A model generated the notes under the pieces. It had not been told where the DNA came from and made no database searches. It saw only the letters and a list, made by a program, of their open reading frames with translations. A stretch of DNA of 63,593 nt, counting the filler, from Octopus bimaculoides (Eukaryota): NCBI RefSeq assembly GCF_001194135.2. It is 7 parts of 7 records of this genome, joined end to end, with 100 filler letters (N's around TTAATTAATTAA, not from the genome) between each part and the next. Parts side by side here need not be neighbours in the genome. Positions count along the whole stretch, not along the records: positions 23,969 to 40,734 come from NC_068988.1; positions 40,835 to 59,855 come from NC_068996.1; 5 more parts are not named here. One strand, given 5' to 3'. Numbering within the stretch: the stretch's first letter is position 1; each line of letters starts with the position of its first letter. This document shows, piece after piece, positions 40,434 through 53,717 of this stretch. The position numbers were made by a program, and so were the translations under genes.

Positions 40434-40734
40434 CAAATGGAGAAAGCCTTTGACAGGGTCCCCCGATCCCTTATCTGGTGGTCAATGAGGAAACTTGGGA
40501 TAGAAGAATGGCTAGTGAGAGCTGTGCGAGCCATGTACAGAGATGCGGCCAGTAAGGTGAGGGTTGGAAATGAGTACAGCAATGAATTCCGGGTAGAGGT
40601 AGAGGTCCACCAAGGTTCCGTCCTCAGCCCCCTATTATTTACCATAGTCCTCCAGGCAATCACAGAGGAGTTCAAGACAGGTTGCCCCTGGGAGCTCCTC
40701 TATGCTGATGACCTTGCCCTAATTGCGGAGTCAC
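40434..40734 (+). mobile_element. RTE/BovB-type LINE reverse-transcriptase fragment (uninterrupted)
   Basis: EKAFDRVPRSLIWWSMRKLG...VHQGSVLSPLLF...WELLYADDLALIAES. It ends at a linker. Confidence 0.93.
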
Positions 40735-41067
40735 NNNNNNNNNNNNNNNNNNNNNNNNNNNNNNNNNNNNNNNNNNNNTTAATTAATTAANNNNNNNNNN
40801 NNNNNNNNNNNNNNNNNNNNNNNNNNNNNNNNNNTGTACCTGTTTGTTTGGTTATGAAATAAAATACACAAAACGTGTTTCTGAATTACGTGTATTTACT
40901 TTATATACATATGAGTTGAAAACTTTCTTCTAGCATTCCACTTAATATCTATGTTCCATGCTGGCATGGATTGGAGAGTTATTAATGTAGAAATATGGTA
41001 TCGTAGTTACTAACAGTTGAGGGTTGCGTAGTCTAGACGGCGTGTTTAGATTTCATTATTCTCTTTA

Positions 41068-41095
41068 ACCCGGGCGACGCCGGGTATTTCTGCTA

Positions 41096-41096
<1 letters not shown>
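41068..41096 (+). mobile_element. Helitron 3' terminus
   Basis: Hairpin ACCCGG-GCGACG-CCGGGT, 7-nt spacer, then CTAG|T. Confidence 0.8.
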
Positions 41097-41132
<36 letters not shown>

Positions 41133-41195
41133 CATAAATAACAAGAAAAATATACTATGATAAAATTTATTTTACCATTGGAAATTCTTATTTAG

Positions 41196-41346
41196 TTACA
41201 ACTGTTTCACAGCTTAATAAACATGTATAGATAATTTATTTTATTATATTTTATAATAAGTAATAAATTACTTACCTGGCTGCACTAATAAATATATATA
41301 TACAATCTTAAAATTAATGTAAATATTAAGCTAGCTCTTCAGGCAA
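41196..41346 (-). ncRNA. Hammerhead-like motif with a very large stem II loop
   Basis: The minus strand reads TTGC-CTGAAGA-GCTAGCTTAATA-(about 104 nt AT-rich)-TATTAAGCTGT-GAAA-CAGT-T-GTAA. The 9-bp AGCTTAATA/TATTAAGCT helix and a 4-bp stem I close the core. Confidence 0.5.
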
Positions 41347-41434
41347 GAATAAAACCATGCTAAAAATAATCCCATAACATAATGTTTTCAAAAATGCAGA
41401 GTCAATTTTTAAAAACCTTTTATTCTACTTTCTG

Positions 41435-41465
<31 letters not shown>

Positions 41466-42880
41466 GTATGGTAGTGAAACACAGACAATGAACGTAGAGG
41501 ACTACATGTGGGATGAGTAAAATATGTGATGGTATCAAGGGATCTTGTCATGTGAATTATTTGGTGATCTCACTTCACTGGCGCAACAGAAAAATATGAA
41601 GTATACTCTGTAAAGTGTTTGGTGTTAGGAAGGGCCTATAACTGTAGAAACATTGCCATTCCAGACACTAGAGTTCAATGTAGTCTTCTGGCTAGAGGGA
41701 TCATGTCAAACCATCCAACCCATGCCAAAATGGACCATGGAAATAAGACTATGATATACACACCTACATTCTACACACACAAACATATATGGAGATACGT
41801 GGCTGCATGGTTAAGATGTTTGCATCCTAACCACATGGTTTGGGTTTCAGTCCTATTGTGTGGCACCTTGGGAAACTCTATCCTTAGGCTACCAAAGCTT
41901 TGTGGGTGGATTTGGTAGGCAGAAACTGAAACAGTTTGTATGTGTGTGGGTATGTGTATATATTTTTACATGTATTTATGTGTATTTGAGTATGTTTATG
42001 TCTACTTATCTTGTTTTAATATAGCATAGTAGTTGTAAATGAGTGTCACAGTTATACGAGCAGTGTCATTCATTTCCAATATTCTGCAAAAACATATTCA
42101 GCCATGAGGGAATATTACCTTACTTGGAAACAGGTGAGAGTTGGTAGCAGGAAGGACATCTGGCTGTTGAGAATCAGCCTCAATAAACTCCAACTGACCT
42201 GTGCAAGCTTGGAAAAGTGGACATTAAAACAATAATGATGATATACATACACTTCTCTCTCTCTTTCTATATATATATATTCTATATAAATGAGAGCGCA
42301 TGTGTGTATAGCCCTGAAAGGCTTTGAAATGGTGTATCCTTGAGAAAAACGGTTTTGATTTTTGAAATCTGCATCTCAAAGAGAAAGTTTTTCAGTAAAT
42401 AATAATTTTAAAAATCGTGCTTGTGTAGATCTGTCAAGCGAAGTGAGATAGTAGTCGTAGCCGATGCTGGTACTACATCAATGTCACCCATGCTGGCGGC
42501 ATGCAAAAAGCACCCACTACACTCTGAAAACTGGTAAGCCAGGGAGCTGCACCAGATTCCAATCTGATTTGGTAAGGTTTCTATGGCTGGATGCCCTTCC
42601 TAATGACCCTCCCAGGAATAGTAGACAAAGAAGATGGCTGGATGGATTGAAGAAAATATTTCATTTCTAAAGATAATGATGTTCATAATTTTAAAATTTT
42701 ACTTTTAAATCTTTGCTATAAAGGAAAATATCAATTATTGTGAAAGAGTTAGAAAAACAGCTGTTGTATTATTCATGTGTTATTGTTGCTTCCAGTAACA
42801 CTTGATATTGTTAAAGTCATACAAACCAAAACTGTAAACCAAATTGTGAACAATATGATGTCACCTACATGGTTACTCAC

Positions 42881-42916
42881 ATAATAGAAGAGTGGATGGG
42901 AGTGACCAGGGAGATG
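42881..42916 (-). other. Candidate 36-nt frame-preserving micro-exon (gene unassigned)
   Basis: Acceptor TTTGTTTTAATCTTCAATAGTTGTTTTCAG and donor TAT|GTGAGT. It is open in all three frames (frame 0 HLPGHSHPLFYY). Confidence 0.25.
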
Positions 42917-42996
42917 CTGAAAACAACTATTGAAGATTAAAACAAAGGAATATATTTAATAGATTGACTCAAAAATAGAATGAATAAATACTTTAA

Positions 42997-44024
42997 CCCT
43001 TTGCCTGCCCAAAACATTTTCATAAGTTTTGTCCTAGAAATCCATGCTTTTCTGCAGACTTCTAATTAGCTCTTGTTTCATACATTTTGAGTAATAGAAA
43101 TCTTCCCTTTCATGAGTCCCAAGTTACTCTGGTGGATGAAAAAAAATCAAGAGAGTGTATCATATATGATGCACAGATACCAGGGAAATATGTCCTGTGT
43201 ATCATATGTGATACAAAAGACAGGCAAAGGATCAAAGAGTTACACTTCTTTTAATATATTAGTTGAGCTGTTTGCATTAAGATTTATAAAATTTCTTTTA
43301 TTACACATCAAACATCACAGTTGGGACATTCGTTTCTACGTTAACAAAAAAAAAAAAAAAANNNNNNNNNNNNNNNNNNNNNNNNNNNNNNNNNNNNNNN
43401 NNNNNNNNNNNNNNNNNNNNNNNNNNNNNNNNNNNNNNNNNNNNNNNNNNNNNNNNNNNNNNNNNNNNNNNNNNNNNNNNNNNNNNNNNNNNNNNNNNNN
43501 NNNNNNNNNNNNNNNNNNNNNNNNNNNNNNNNNNNNNNNNNNNNNNNNNNNNNNNNNNNNNNNNNNNNNNNNNNNNNNNNNNNNNNNNNNNNNNNNNNNN
43601 NNNNNNNNNNNNNNNNNNNNNNNNNNNNNNNNNNNNNNNNNNNNNNNNNNNNNNNNNNNNNNNNNNNNNNNNNNNNNNNNNNNNNNNNNNNNNNNNNNNN
43701 NNNNNNNNNNNNNNNNNNNNNNNNNNNNNNNNNNNNNNNNNNNNNNNNNNNNNNNNNNNNNNNNNNNNNNNNNNNNNNNNNNNNNNNNNNNNNNNNNNNN
43801 NNNNNNNNNNNNNNNNNNNNNNNNNNNNNNNNNNNNNNNNNNNNNNNNNNNNNNNNNNNNNNNNNNNNNNNNNNNNNNNNNNNNNNNNNNNNNNNNNNNN
43901 NNNNNNNNNNNNNNNNNNTATATATATATATATATATATATGCAGGCATATAAAGAGAATAGCTACTTATTTCTCTGGAATTGATCAGGTGATGTAGGCA
44001 CCTCAGATGCAACCCAAATAAGGG
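42997..44024 (-). mobile_element. Possible piggyBac 3' remnant spanning a gap
   Basis: TTAA|CCCTT at 42993 and AGGG|TTAA at 44021. The minus strand near 43290-43335 reads RNECPNCDV*CV, resembling the piggyBac Cys-rich tail. Confidence 0.45.
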
Positions 44025-46460
44025 TTAAAAATTGATGAGGCAGTTCACCACTTTTTGTCAATCTCCAAAGAAATAGGTAAAGTTGATATGTTTGTATGTC
44101 TATGACATAGATTTACATATATTATATCATCATCATTTTAACATCCATGCTTGCATAGATCAAATGAAGCATTTTGAAGCAGATTTTCTATGGTTGGGTT
44201 CTCTTCATGTTGCCAACCATTACCTATTACCAACAAGGTAACAGAGTAATATTTTCCCTAGTCCTTTGAATATGAACAGCACTATGGCTGGATATGCTTT
44301 CAAGGAAGATTGCAATTGAACAACACTACTTGTATTATGGTAATATTTGTTTACAGTTAGTGACCAATGTCAAAACAAGAAAACACAAACAAACACACAT
44401 ACACATATGACTCAAACTATCAAACCTGCTCACAAAGCTTTGGCCAAACCACAGTCATAATAGAAGATACTTGCCTAAAGTTTCATGCAAGGGGACTGAG
44501 TCTGAAACTACGTGGTTCAGAAGCAAACTTCTTAATCACACAGCCACACCTCTGTGTGTGCGCATGCATGTGTGTCTCTATGTGTGTGTGATTGTATGTG
44601 AATGTATGTGAGTATCTATAGATAGATACATGCACGTATGTTATGCCAAGTTGCTCTAAGTGTTACTGGTAACATGTAACTAAGAACAAGTCACATGATT
44701 GGACCATTGGCAACTAAACTGAACTGCACCAAGCCTACTGAGTAAAGAGTAAGGTGTATTGTTGGACATCCTGTAGGGCAAAAGCAAATTTTGTCAAAGG
44801 ATGGACAAACTCAGTAGTACCAATGGTCATCAAACAGCCAGGAGTTAGAGAACTGCATTGGAACTGAACCTGGAATCATGTGGTTGGGAAGCAAACTTCT
44901 TACCAATCAGCCATGCCTGCACTTGATGTCCACTTTGCATATGGGTTGTACTGAGTCAGTTCTTATTTGGAGTTAGTTCTCTTTGGTGTGGTTGGGAGAC
45001 CACATCTTGATGAAATGCTTTCTTTCAGTATGGTTTTTATGTAAGGATACCCATCCTAATACCAGCCACTTTCAGAATGTACTGAGTGTATTTAACTTTT
45101 ATTTAATAGGTTGCTATATTCTTGACATGATAAGACTAAAGAGTCCTCTTGACCCTATGATGTCTCTGCTCATTCACAAATGTAGGTTACATTTTAAGCA
45201 CAGCACAAGAAAAGGGAATTGTTACTGTTCCACATTGTCTCCATTTATTCAGAGCAATGTAGGTGAGAGATTGATTGCAAAGGAAGAACTAGGTTGAGAG
45301 GGAGGAAAAAAAAAGAAGATAGGAGGTGAGGTCACAGTGATAGGAAGAACTTGAGGGAAAAATTGAAGAAACAGTACAGACAGAGTGTAATAAGACAGGC
45401 AATAATGGTAGAGGGTAATGCAAATGAGACACTACACCCACATCTTTGCAGGTGAGAGAGAGAGAGATTAGTAATGAGTGACCAAGTGAAAGAGTGACAG
45501 CTAGCAGTATAGAAATGGAGTGGTGATAATGTTTAGCTGGTAAGAGAGAGAAGAGAAGAGAAACAGAAGAGGGCTGGTGACAGGAAGGGCAACTAATTGT
45601 AAGAAATCTACCTCAATAAATTGTTTGACACATGCATACATGTGGCACATTGCTGTACTTGAGAAGACTCACCCACTACAACAGAATTGAGATCCTAAAA
45701 CCAAGGTGCCATGTAAAAACTGATAGTGTGGGTGCTGGTGCCACTTAAAAAGTGCCTGTGATGGTGCCACACAAAAAGCACCCAGTACACTCTGTGGAGT
45801 GGTTGGCATTAGGAAGAGTGTCCAGCTGTAGAAACCAAGCTAAAACAGACCATGGAACCTGATATGGCCTGTTCCTGTCAAACCATCCAACCTATATCAG
45901 CATGAAAAATGGACATTAAATGATAATGATTGTATTTATTATCATCCCCTAAATCATAAAAATGGAGTTTAGGACTTTAATTAAGTTTCACTTGTAGTGA
46001 GGAGTGGCTTTACAGATAAGTTAGCATGATGATTCCCCATCCCACTCTCTCCCATACCTAAAGAGAATTAGAAAGGATTAGAAAGTTAATATTCCATCCA
46101 ATTTCAATGTATCTACTAATGAAATCAGAAACTTGTCACTAATTAGACAGCAGTCCTCAAGAACCCATAGTTATGATAAATTCTTTAATGTCTATACCAT
46201 CAAGATAAGCTACTCGTGCTCAGATAATTTCATTTCACAACACTGCATGCTATAACAGAAACAACTATGCACCTACACAGTCTCCACCCAACAGCTCAAT
46301 CTGTAACTGGTGAAATGCTACCTATTGCCACTGTTGAAATGCCTGCCAGGAGGATATTGTTTCTCAAATGTCATTGTCTATAGAGCAACTCTATCTGTAT
46401 AGTTACTCTATCTGTGTAGTAATAACAGTAGAACTACTACAAAGGGAAAGAAGACCCCAC

Positions 46461-47205
46461 CTCTACCTGGAATTCTTCACTGTACTCATTGCCAACCCTC
46501 ACCTTACTGACAGCGTCCCTGTACATGGCTCGCACAGCTCTCACTAACCATTCATCTATCCCTAGTTTCCTCATTGACCACCAGGTAAGGGATCAGGGGA
46601 CCCTGTTGAAGGCTTTCTCCATGTCAATGAAAGCTAGGTACAGAGGTTTATCCTTGGCTAGGTATTTCTCGTGCAGCTGTCTTACCAGAAATATAGCATC
46701 AGTGGTGCTTTTCCCTGGCACGAACCAAACTGCATCACATCTAAACTGACTCTCTCCCTAATTAGTTGGGCTATGACCCTCTCAGTGACCTTCATTAACT
46801 GGTCCAACAATTTGATACCTCTGTAATTATCTGTACCTAAAGCGTCACCTTTACTTTTGTAACAGTTGACTATGGTGCTGCTACACCAGTCATTGGGTAT
46901 GACTCCTTCGTGTATCACCTGGTTAACAATATTGGTGACTAGGCTATAGCCGACACTACCAGATATTTTGAGCATCTCTGCAGTGATTTCTGATGGGTCG
47001 GGGGCTTTCCCTGTCTTCATACTCTTGATTGCTTTATCTACCAAGGTACTGTCAATTCGGATAGCTGATCCCTCTGTTGGGTCGACATTCGGCAGACTCT
47101 CTTTCTCCCATTCGTTCTTTTTATTGAGCAACCTTTCATAGTGGCGTCTCCAAACCTCTCTCTTTGCAGCCTCGTTTAATGCAAGTGAACCATCATCCAT
47201 GTGGA
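46461..47205 (-). mobile_element. RTE/BovB-type LINE RT fragment
   Basis: KREVWRRHYERLLN...MKTGKAPDPSEITAEMLK...VIPNDW...YRGIKLLDQLMKVTERVI...QFG. It continues into the same segment as the 40434 copy. Confidence 0.92.
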
Positions 47206-47934
47206 CACATTTCTCTCCTATGTACATACATATATACATATATGAATCATCATCATTTAAAGTCCATCTTCTGAGCTGGCATAGACTAAATGGCTTGACA
47301 AGAGTCAATGAACCAGAGGACTCCATTGTGCCTCAATGTCTGCTTTGGTTCAGTTTCTACAGCTGGATGCCCTTCCTATTGCCAACTGCTTTATACAGTA
47401 TACTAGATAACAAGACCTCCTTCTACTGAACTGGGGTTACAGTAGAGAGGGAGGCTGCTTTATGCTAGAAGATGGAAAGTTAAAATACGAAGCAGGCTTG
47501 TCACATTATAGAAGAGAGTGTGGGAGTAATAAAGTTGGAATGGGAAAGAGATATAAAATAGTAATGATCACATGGCAGGATGGATTCTCAAAATGTTAGT
47601 TGAATAGAAGTGAGAAGGGACAAAAGAACAGGGAGTGAGAGTAGTTAACAGTTGCAATACTTGGATGGAGAAAGTGAGAGATAGAGATGGGGGAATGAGT
47701 GAGGGAGTGAATTAATGAAGAACAAGTGTTGAAGGATAAGTAGGTAAGGCAGGGACAAGTAGGTGACAACTGTAAAGACCGGGTCTGTCTATTCACCTAT
47801 CTATCTATCTATCTATCTATCTATCTCATCATCATCATCATCATCATCGTTTAACGTCCACCTTCCATGCTAGCATGGATTCTATATATATATATATATA
47901 TAAATAAATATAGACATGCACACACGCATGCATA

Positions 47935-48370
47935 CAGGATGCAGTGAATAAACTGTCGACTAATTTACGCGAAAATGAAAATAACACTGACATCTCATCT
48001 AAGTCGATATATTTACCAAAATTACGTTAAAATATCTTGAAATATTAAAGAGTAAATTTATTCAATAAAATCACCATTGACTTTCAGATGACTTTGGAAT
48101 CTCATGGTCTCCTTGGATAGTTTCCTTGTTTAAGTTGGTGGTGTCTTGTCGGTCTCTCGCTTAACTGCACCCCACACATAATAATGAAGTGGGTTGTGGT
48201 CTGGTGGTCACAGAAATTGCCTGACAGCCATGACTGGGTTCTCCTGTTTGTGTGGCATGGTGCAGAGTCCTATTGCCAGACATAAGGTCTTTCAGCAGCC
48301 ACCCTCTTCACCCAGGGCAGCACTACCTCCTCCAGGCACTTGATGTAGGCCTTCATGTTGAGTCTGAGGC
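47935..48370 (-). mobile_element. Partial copy of the DD37D maT element
   Basis: TA|CAGGATGCAGTGAATAAACTGTCG terminus, with a body colinear with 50548-51070. Confidence 0.85.
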
Positions 48371-48509
48371 CATGCCAGAACAGACAACGGAACCTGCTGC
48401 AATCCCCAACCTTAACAGCTCCAGTCAAATTGTCCAACCCATACCAGCATAGCAAATGGACACAAAATGATGATGATGATGATGATGATACACATCCATA
48501 TTCATACGC

Positions 48510-48564
<55 letters not shown>

Positions 48565-50005
48565 NNNNNNNNNNNNNNNNNNNNNNNNNNNNNNNNNNNN
48601 NNNNNNNNNNNNNNNNNNNNNNNNNNNNNNNNNNNNNNNNNNNNNNNNNNNNNNNNNNNNNNNNNNNNNNNNNNNNNNNNNNNNNNNNNNNNNNNNNNNN
48701 NNNNNNNNNNNNNNNNNNNNNNNNNNNNNNNNNNNNNNNNNNNNNNNNNNNNNNNNNNNNNNNNNNNNNNNNNNNNNNNNNNNNNNNNNNNNNNNNNNNN
48801 NNNNNNNNNNNNNNNNNNNNNNNNNNNNNNNNNNNNNNNNNNNNNNNNNNNNNNNNNNNNNNNNNNNNNNNNNNNNNNNNNNNNNNNNNNNNNNNNNNNN
48901 NNNNNNNNNNNNNNNNNNNNNNNNNNNNNNNNNNNNNNNNNNNNNNNNNNNNNNNNNNNNNNNNNNTGTGCCCAGCGTCGCCTTTCTGGCACTTGTGCCC
49001 GCGGCATGTGTAAGGACTTTCGAGCAAGATCGTTGCCAGTGCCCCTGGACTGGCTCTTATGCGGGTGGCACATAAAATACACCATTTTGAGTGTGGCCGT
49101 TGCCAGTACCGCCTGCCTGGCCTTCGTGCGGGTGGCACATAAAAGCATCCACTACACTCTCGGAGTGGTTGGCATTAGGAAGGGCATCCAGCTGTATAAA
49201 CTCTGCCAAATCAGATTGGAGTCTGGTGTAGCCATCTGGTTTCACCAGTCCTCAGTCAAATCGTCCAACCCATGCTAGCATGGAAAACGGACGTTAAATG
49301 ACGATGATGATGATAATGATGAGGATGATGATGATGATGATATATAGGGTCCTCATTTTCTGATTTTGTTCTCTCAAAATTTACTATTTCCTTCCTGTGC
49401 CTCACTTTCACAGTTGTTGGCTAAAGTTGGAATGCTATCTAATTAAGTCAAAGCTTAATTTCAAGTATGGTTCTTGTAATGTATTTTATTTTAGGGTGGG
49501 TCAGTTCCATATTAAGTTCTTAGTTATTCAGAGATTTCTGTGACTGTGGAATTTATCATGCTTGGTAAGGGAAAGAAAAAGGAATATATAAAATACATAC
49601 TTGAAATTAAGCTTCTTAAGACCCCATCTATTACAATATACAAATAAGCCTGCAAATACAGTAAAATAAACTTTGACCTAATTAGATAGAATCCCAACTT
49701 CGGTCAGCAACTGGTGTAAAGCCAAGGTGAACCATACAATTTTACAATCAGATCGGACTTCAGACTCAAACTAACCTCCTCTCGCTTCCTCCTGAATCCT
49801 AACCAATACACAACAAATAGAATACTGTTCACTTCAAGCCAAGCTGGTTGAAAGACCTTGAATGAAGCTGCACAGAAAATCATACCCAGTTACATATGCA
49901 ACTGCTTATACACTGTGCAGCAAAAACATATGTAGGTTGTCATATCTATAAAAGTATGCTGCACCGTTAGCAAGGTGAGACACACATAAGAAAGAAGAAA
50001 GCAAA

Positions 50006-50050
50006 GGACCACTGATGAGGTCACAGAAGTGTGACGAAAGAACTTTGGCC
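50006..50050 (+). ncRNA. Type I minimal hammerhead-like motif
   Basis: GGACCA-CTGATGA-G-GTCAC-AGAAGT-GTGAC-GAAA-G-AA-CT-T-TGGCC: intact core, perfect 5-bp stem II, minimal stem III and partial stem I. Confidence 0.6.
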
Positions 50051-50503
50051 GAAATAGGATTAATGTAATATAATGTAATATAAAGCTGAAGCAAATTAAC
50101 ACCAAATATACAGTGCGTGTGTTTCTATTGGCTAAACTGGCAATATGACCATCCCCAAGTACAACATCTGTTTCAACACATGATTTCACATTAAAAATCT
50201 TGCAAAACAAATATATAAACGGAACACATATATACATATATCTTTAATCTTTCACCTTTTCACTCATTTCAGTTATTGGACTGTGGCCAAGATGGAGCAC
50301 TACCTTGAAGGGTTTAGTTGGACAAATTGATCTCAGTACTTATTCTTTAAGCTTGATACTTATTCTATTGATTTCTTTTGCCAGACTTCCAAGTTACAGG
50401 GATGTAAACAAACCAACACTGGTTGTTAAGTGGTGGTGGGGGACAAACACAAAAATACAGATAGCTATATACAGATATATATATATAGTTATGCATACAT
50501 ACA

Positions 50504-50547
<44 letters not shown>

Positions 50548-50553
<6 letters not shown>

Positions 50554-51635
50554 GCAGTGAATAAATTGTTGTTTAAATTACACAAAAATGAAAATAACAC
50601 TGACATGTCATCTTAATTGATATATTTACCAAAATTACATAAAAATATCTTGAAATACTAAAGAGTAAATTTATTCAATAAAATCACCATTGGCTTCAAC
50701 CATGGCTTCCAAATGACTTTGGAATCTCATGGTCTCCTTGAATAGTGTCCTTGTTTAAATTGATGAATGCTGCCATAATCCTTGCCTTCAGTTCATCTTT
50801 GGTGTTACAAGGAGTTTTGTTGGTCTCTCGCTCAACTGCACCCCACACATAATAATCAAGGAAGTTGCACTCTGGGGAGTTAGGTGGCCAGATGTTAAGG
50901 GTGATGTAGTCGCAGCAACTGTCTGACAGCCATAACTGGGTTCTCCTGCTTGTATGGCATGGTGCACAGTCCTATTGCCCGACATAAGGTCTTCCAGCAG
51001 CCACGCTCTTGACCCAGGGCAGCACTACCAACTCCAAGCACTAGATGAAGGCTTCCATATTGAGTCTGAGGTCATGTGGGAAGATGAATGGAGGCATAAC
51101 ATTACCATCACTAGTGATACCATGATGTTGACTGGATGTTTGATATTTATCACTCTCAGTACATGTTTTGGGGACACAGCAAGCCAACACTTGTTGTTTG
51201 TTCACCATCTGATCCTAGCAGAAATTTTTCTCTTCTGAGAAAAACCAAAGCATGTTCGATGGATCTCAATGACAAGGAGGGATTATTGTCAATCATGGCC
51301 TGGATCTCACCAACAAATTCAGGAGTTCTTTTCTTATCATAATGATCAGAGTGAATTTTCCCAACTGCCATACCTTCATAATCACCATTAGACTTATCCA
51401 ACTCTTTCTGAATCCTGTGCACTGTCCTCAGATTGATACCCAAACACTCTGTTCATATTGGAGCTTCTGGCATGAATGCCAAGCAGTACAGCATGTCATT
51501 TCCATGGTGCTGTTTTTCTCACAGACAGTGCCCAACTGATCTTACTATACTGTGTAGTTAACAAAATCAGAAACAAACAATGCACATGCACGAAGTTAAA
51601 ATATAAAATGGCGACAATTTACCTATTGCATCCTG
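50548..51635 (-). mobile_element. Near full-length degenerate maT (DD37D) transposon
   Basis: TIRs TAGGGTGCAGTGAATAAATTGT / ACAATTTACCTATTGCATCCTG|TA. The minus strand gives D-CAPCHTSRRTQLWLSDSCCDYITLNIWPPNSPECNFL-D, with 37 residues between the second and third catalytic Asp (counted by hand). Confidence 0.9.
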
Positions 51636-52306
51636 TATGNNNNNNNNNNNNNNNNNNNNNNNNNNNNNNNNNNNNNNNNNNNNNNNNNNNNNNNNNNNNN
51701 NNNNNNNNNNNNNNNNNNNNNNNNNNNNNNNNNNNNNNNNNNNNNNNNNNNNNNNNNNNNNNNNNNNNNNNNNNNNNNNNNNNNNNNNNNNNNNNNNNNN
51801 NNNNNNNNNNNNNNNNNNNNNNNNNNNNNNNNNNNNNNNNNNNNNNNNNNNNNNNNNNNNNNNNNNNNNNNNNNNNNNNNNNNNNNNNNNNNNNNNNNNN
51901 NNNNNNNNNNNNNNNNNNNNNNNNNNNNNNNNNNNNNNNNNNNNNNNNNNNNNNNNNNNNNNNNNNNNNNNNNNNNNNNNNNNNNNNNNNNNNNNNNNNN
52001 NNNNNNNNNNNNNNNNNNNNNNNNNNNNNNNNNNNNNNNNNNNNNNNNNNNNNNNNNNNNNNNNNNNNNNNNNNNNNNNNNNNNNNNNNNNNNNNNNNNN
52101 NNNNNNNNNNNNNNNNNNNNNNNNNNNNNNNNNNNNNNNNNNNNNNNNNNNNNNNNNNNNNNNNNNNNNNNNNNNNNNNNNNNNNNNNNNNNNNNNNNNN
52201 NNNNNNNNNNNNNNNNNNNNNNNNNNNNNNNNNNNNNNNNNNNNNNNNNNNNNNNNNNNNNNNNNNNNNNNNNNNNNNNNNNNNNNNNNNNNNNNNNNNN
52301 NNNNNN

Positions 52307-52351
<45 letters not shown>

Positions 52352-52609
52352 TAGTCCCATGCTGTGGGACTGAACCTGAAACTATGAGATTGGGAAGCAA
52401 ACTTCTTACCACATAGCCACACCACATATACAGGAGGTGCAGGCATAGCTGTGCTGTATAGTTAAAATGTATGTTTCACAACCATGCAGTTTTGTGTTCC
52501 ATCCCATAGACTAGTACCTGTAGCAAGTGCATTCAACCATAGCCGCAGGCCAACTAATGCCTTACAAATGAAACTAGGCATTTGATTGATGGAAACTGTA
52601 CAGAAGCCC

Positions 52610-52705
<96 letters not shown>

Positions 52706-52970
52706 CATGTGTACTTGTGTGTCTGTATATATTTGCCCATTGTTTGGGCAACAGTGAGTATGTCAAGTGTAAACAATATATCTTGCAGTCCAGAAGATGA
52801 ATATGTGAAGACCTGTAGAATTAAGTACCTAACTGGGAAACAAGTAAACATCTGGAAGAGTATCTGACAACAAAATACTACTAAGATGTTTTGTCCTATC
52901 CATGCCTGCATAGAAAACCAGATGTAACAATGATGATGCAGCTGAGATGACAATGACAACAATGATGATA

Positions 52971-53082
<112 letters not shown>

Positions 53083-53318
53083 TGCGTGCTTATGTATATG
53101 TATATAATAGTCTCAGGTTAAGGTAGACTATTATTTAATTAACCTCATTCTACAGTGAAATAATTGGTGAGTTTCTCAGTAACAAATAGTAATTAGTAAA
53201 ACAGTTTTCAAGTTCTGAAGAGTTAGGTTTCCTGGTCTGGGAAAATGTTGATAAATGTAGCAAAGGAAAGGATTAGTATAAGTGGATGGATTAAAAATCA
53301 AACAATTAAATCATTTAC

Positions 53319-53717
53319 CTTGACAACTATACCAGTAGGTATATGTTTAAGAACACAACAGTTTGCTGTTTTATTAACTGATTGTCCACCTGGTCCGGTA
53401 CCTCGTGCAAAACTCTCTTCTAGCTCGTCTTCTTTAATTTCAGGAAATTGATATGACTTAGATGATATTGGTGTAATAAACATTGTACAAATAATATTAG
53501 TTCCATAATGAGATAATTTAAAGTTATGGTAATTATACTTGATATAGTAATATTTTGATAATAATGAATTTCTAACAAGAGCAGAAGACGAACAGTTTAA
53601 ATTTCTTTTAAAGTAAGAAGTTTGTTGACAGCAAAATGCAATATTAAAATGTAGTTTAGAATAAAAGAGTCCAAATCTATTTAGTATGTGATTGAATGAG
53701 TTGTGAATGAATGCCAT
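53319..53717 (-). CDS. MTRFR: First coding exon of mitochondrial translation release factor in rescue (C12orf65), residues 1-133
   Basis: Exon 53319-53738 with acceptor GTGTACTTTCAG, ATG at 53717 and donor AAG|GTAAAT. Contains [38 protein letters not shown] against human [36 protein letters not shown] (recalled), with the intron after VVK as recalled for human. Confidence 0.93.
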
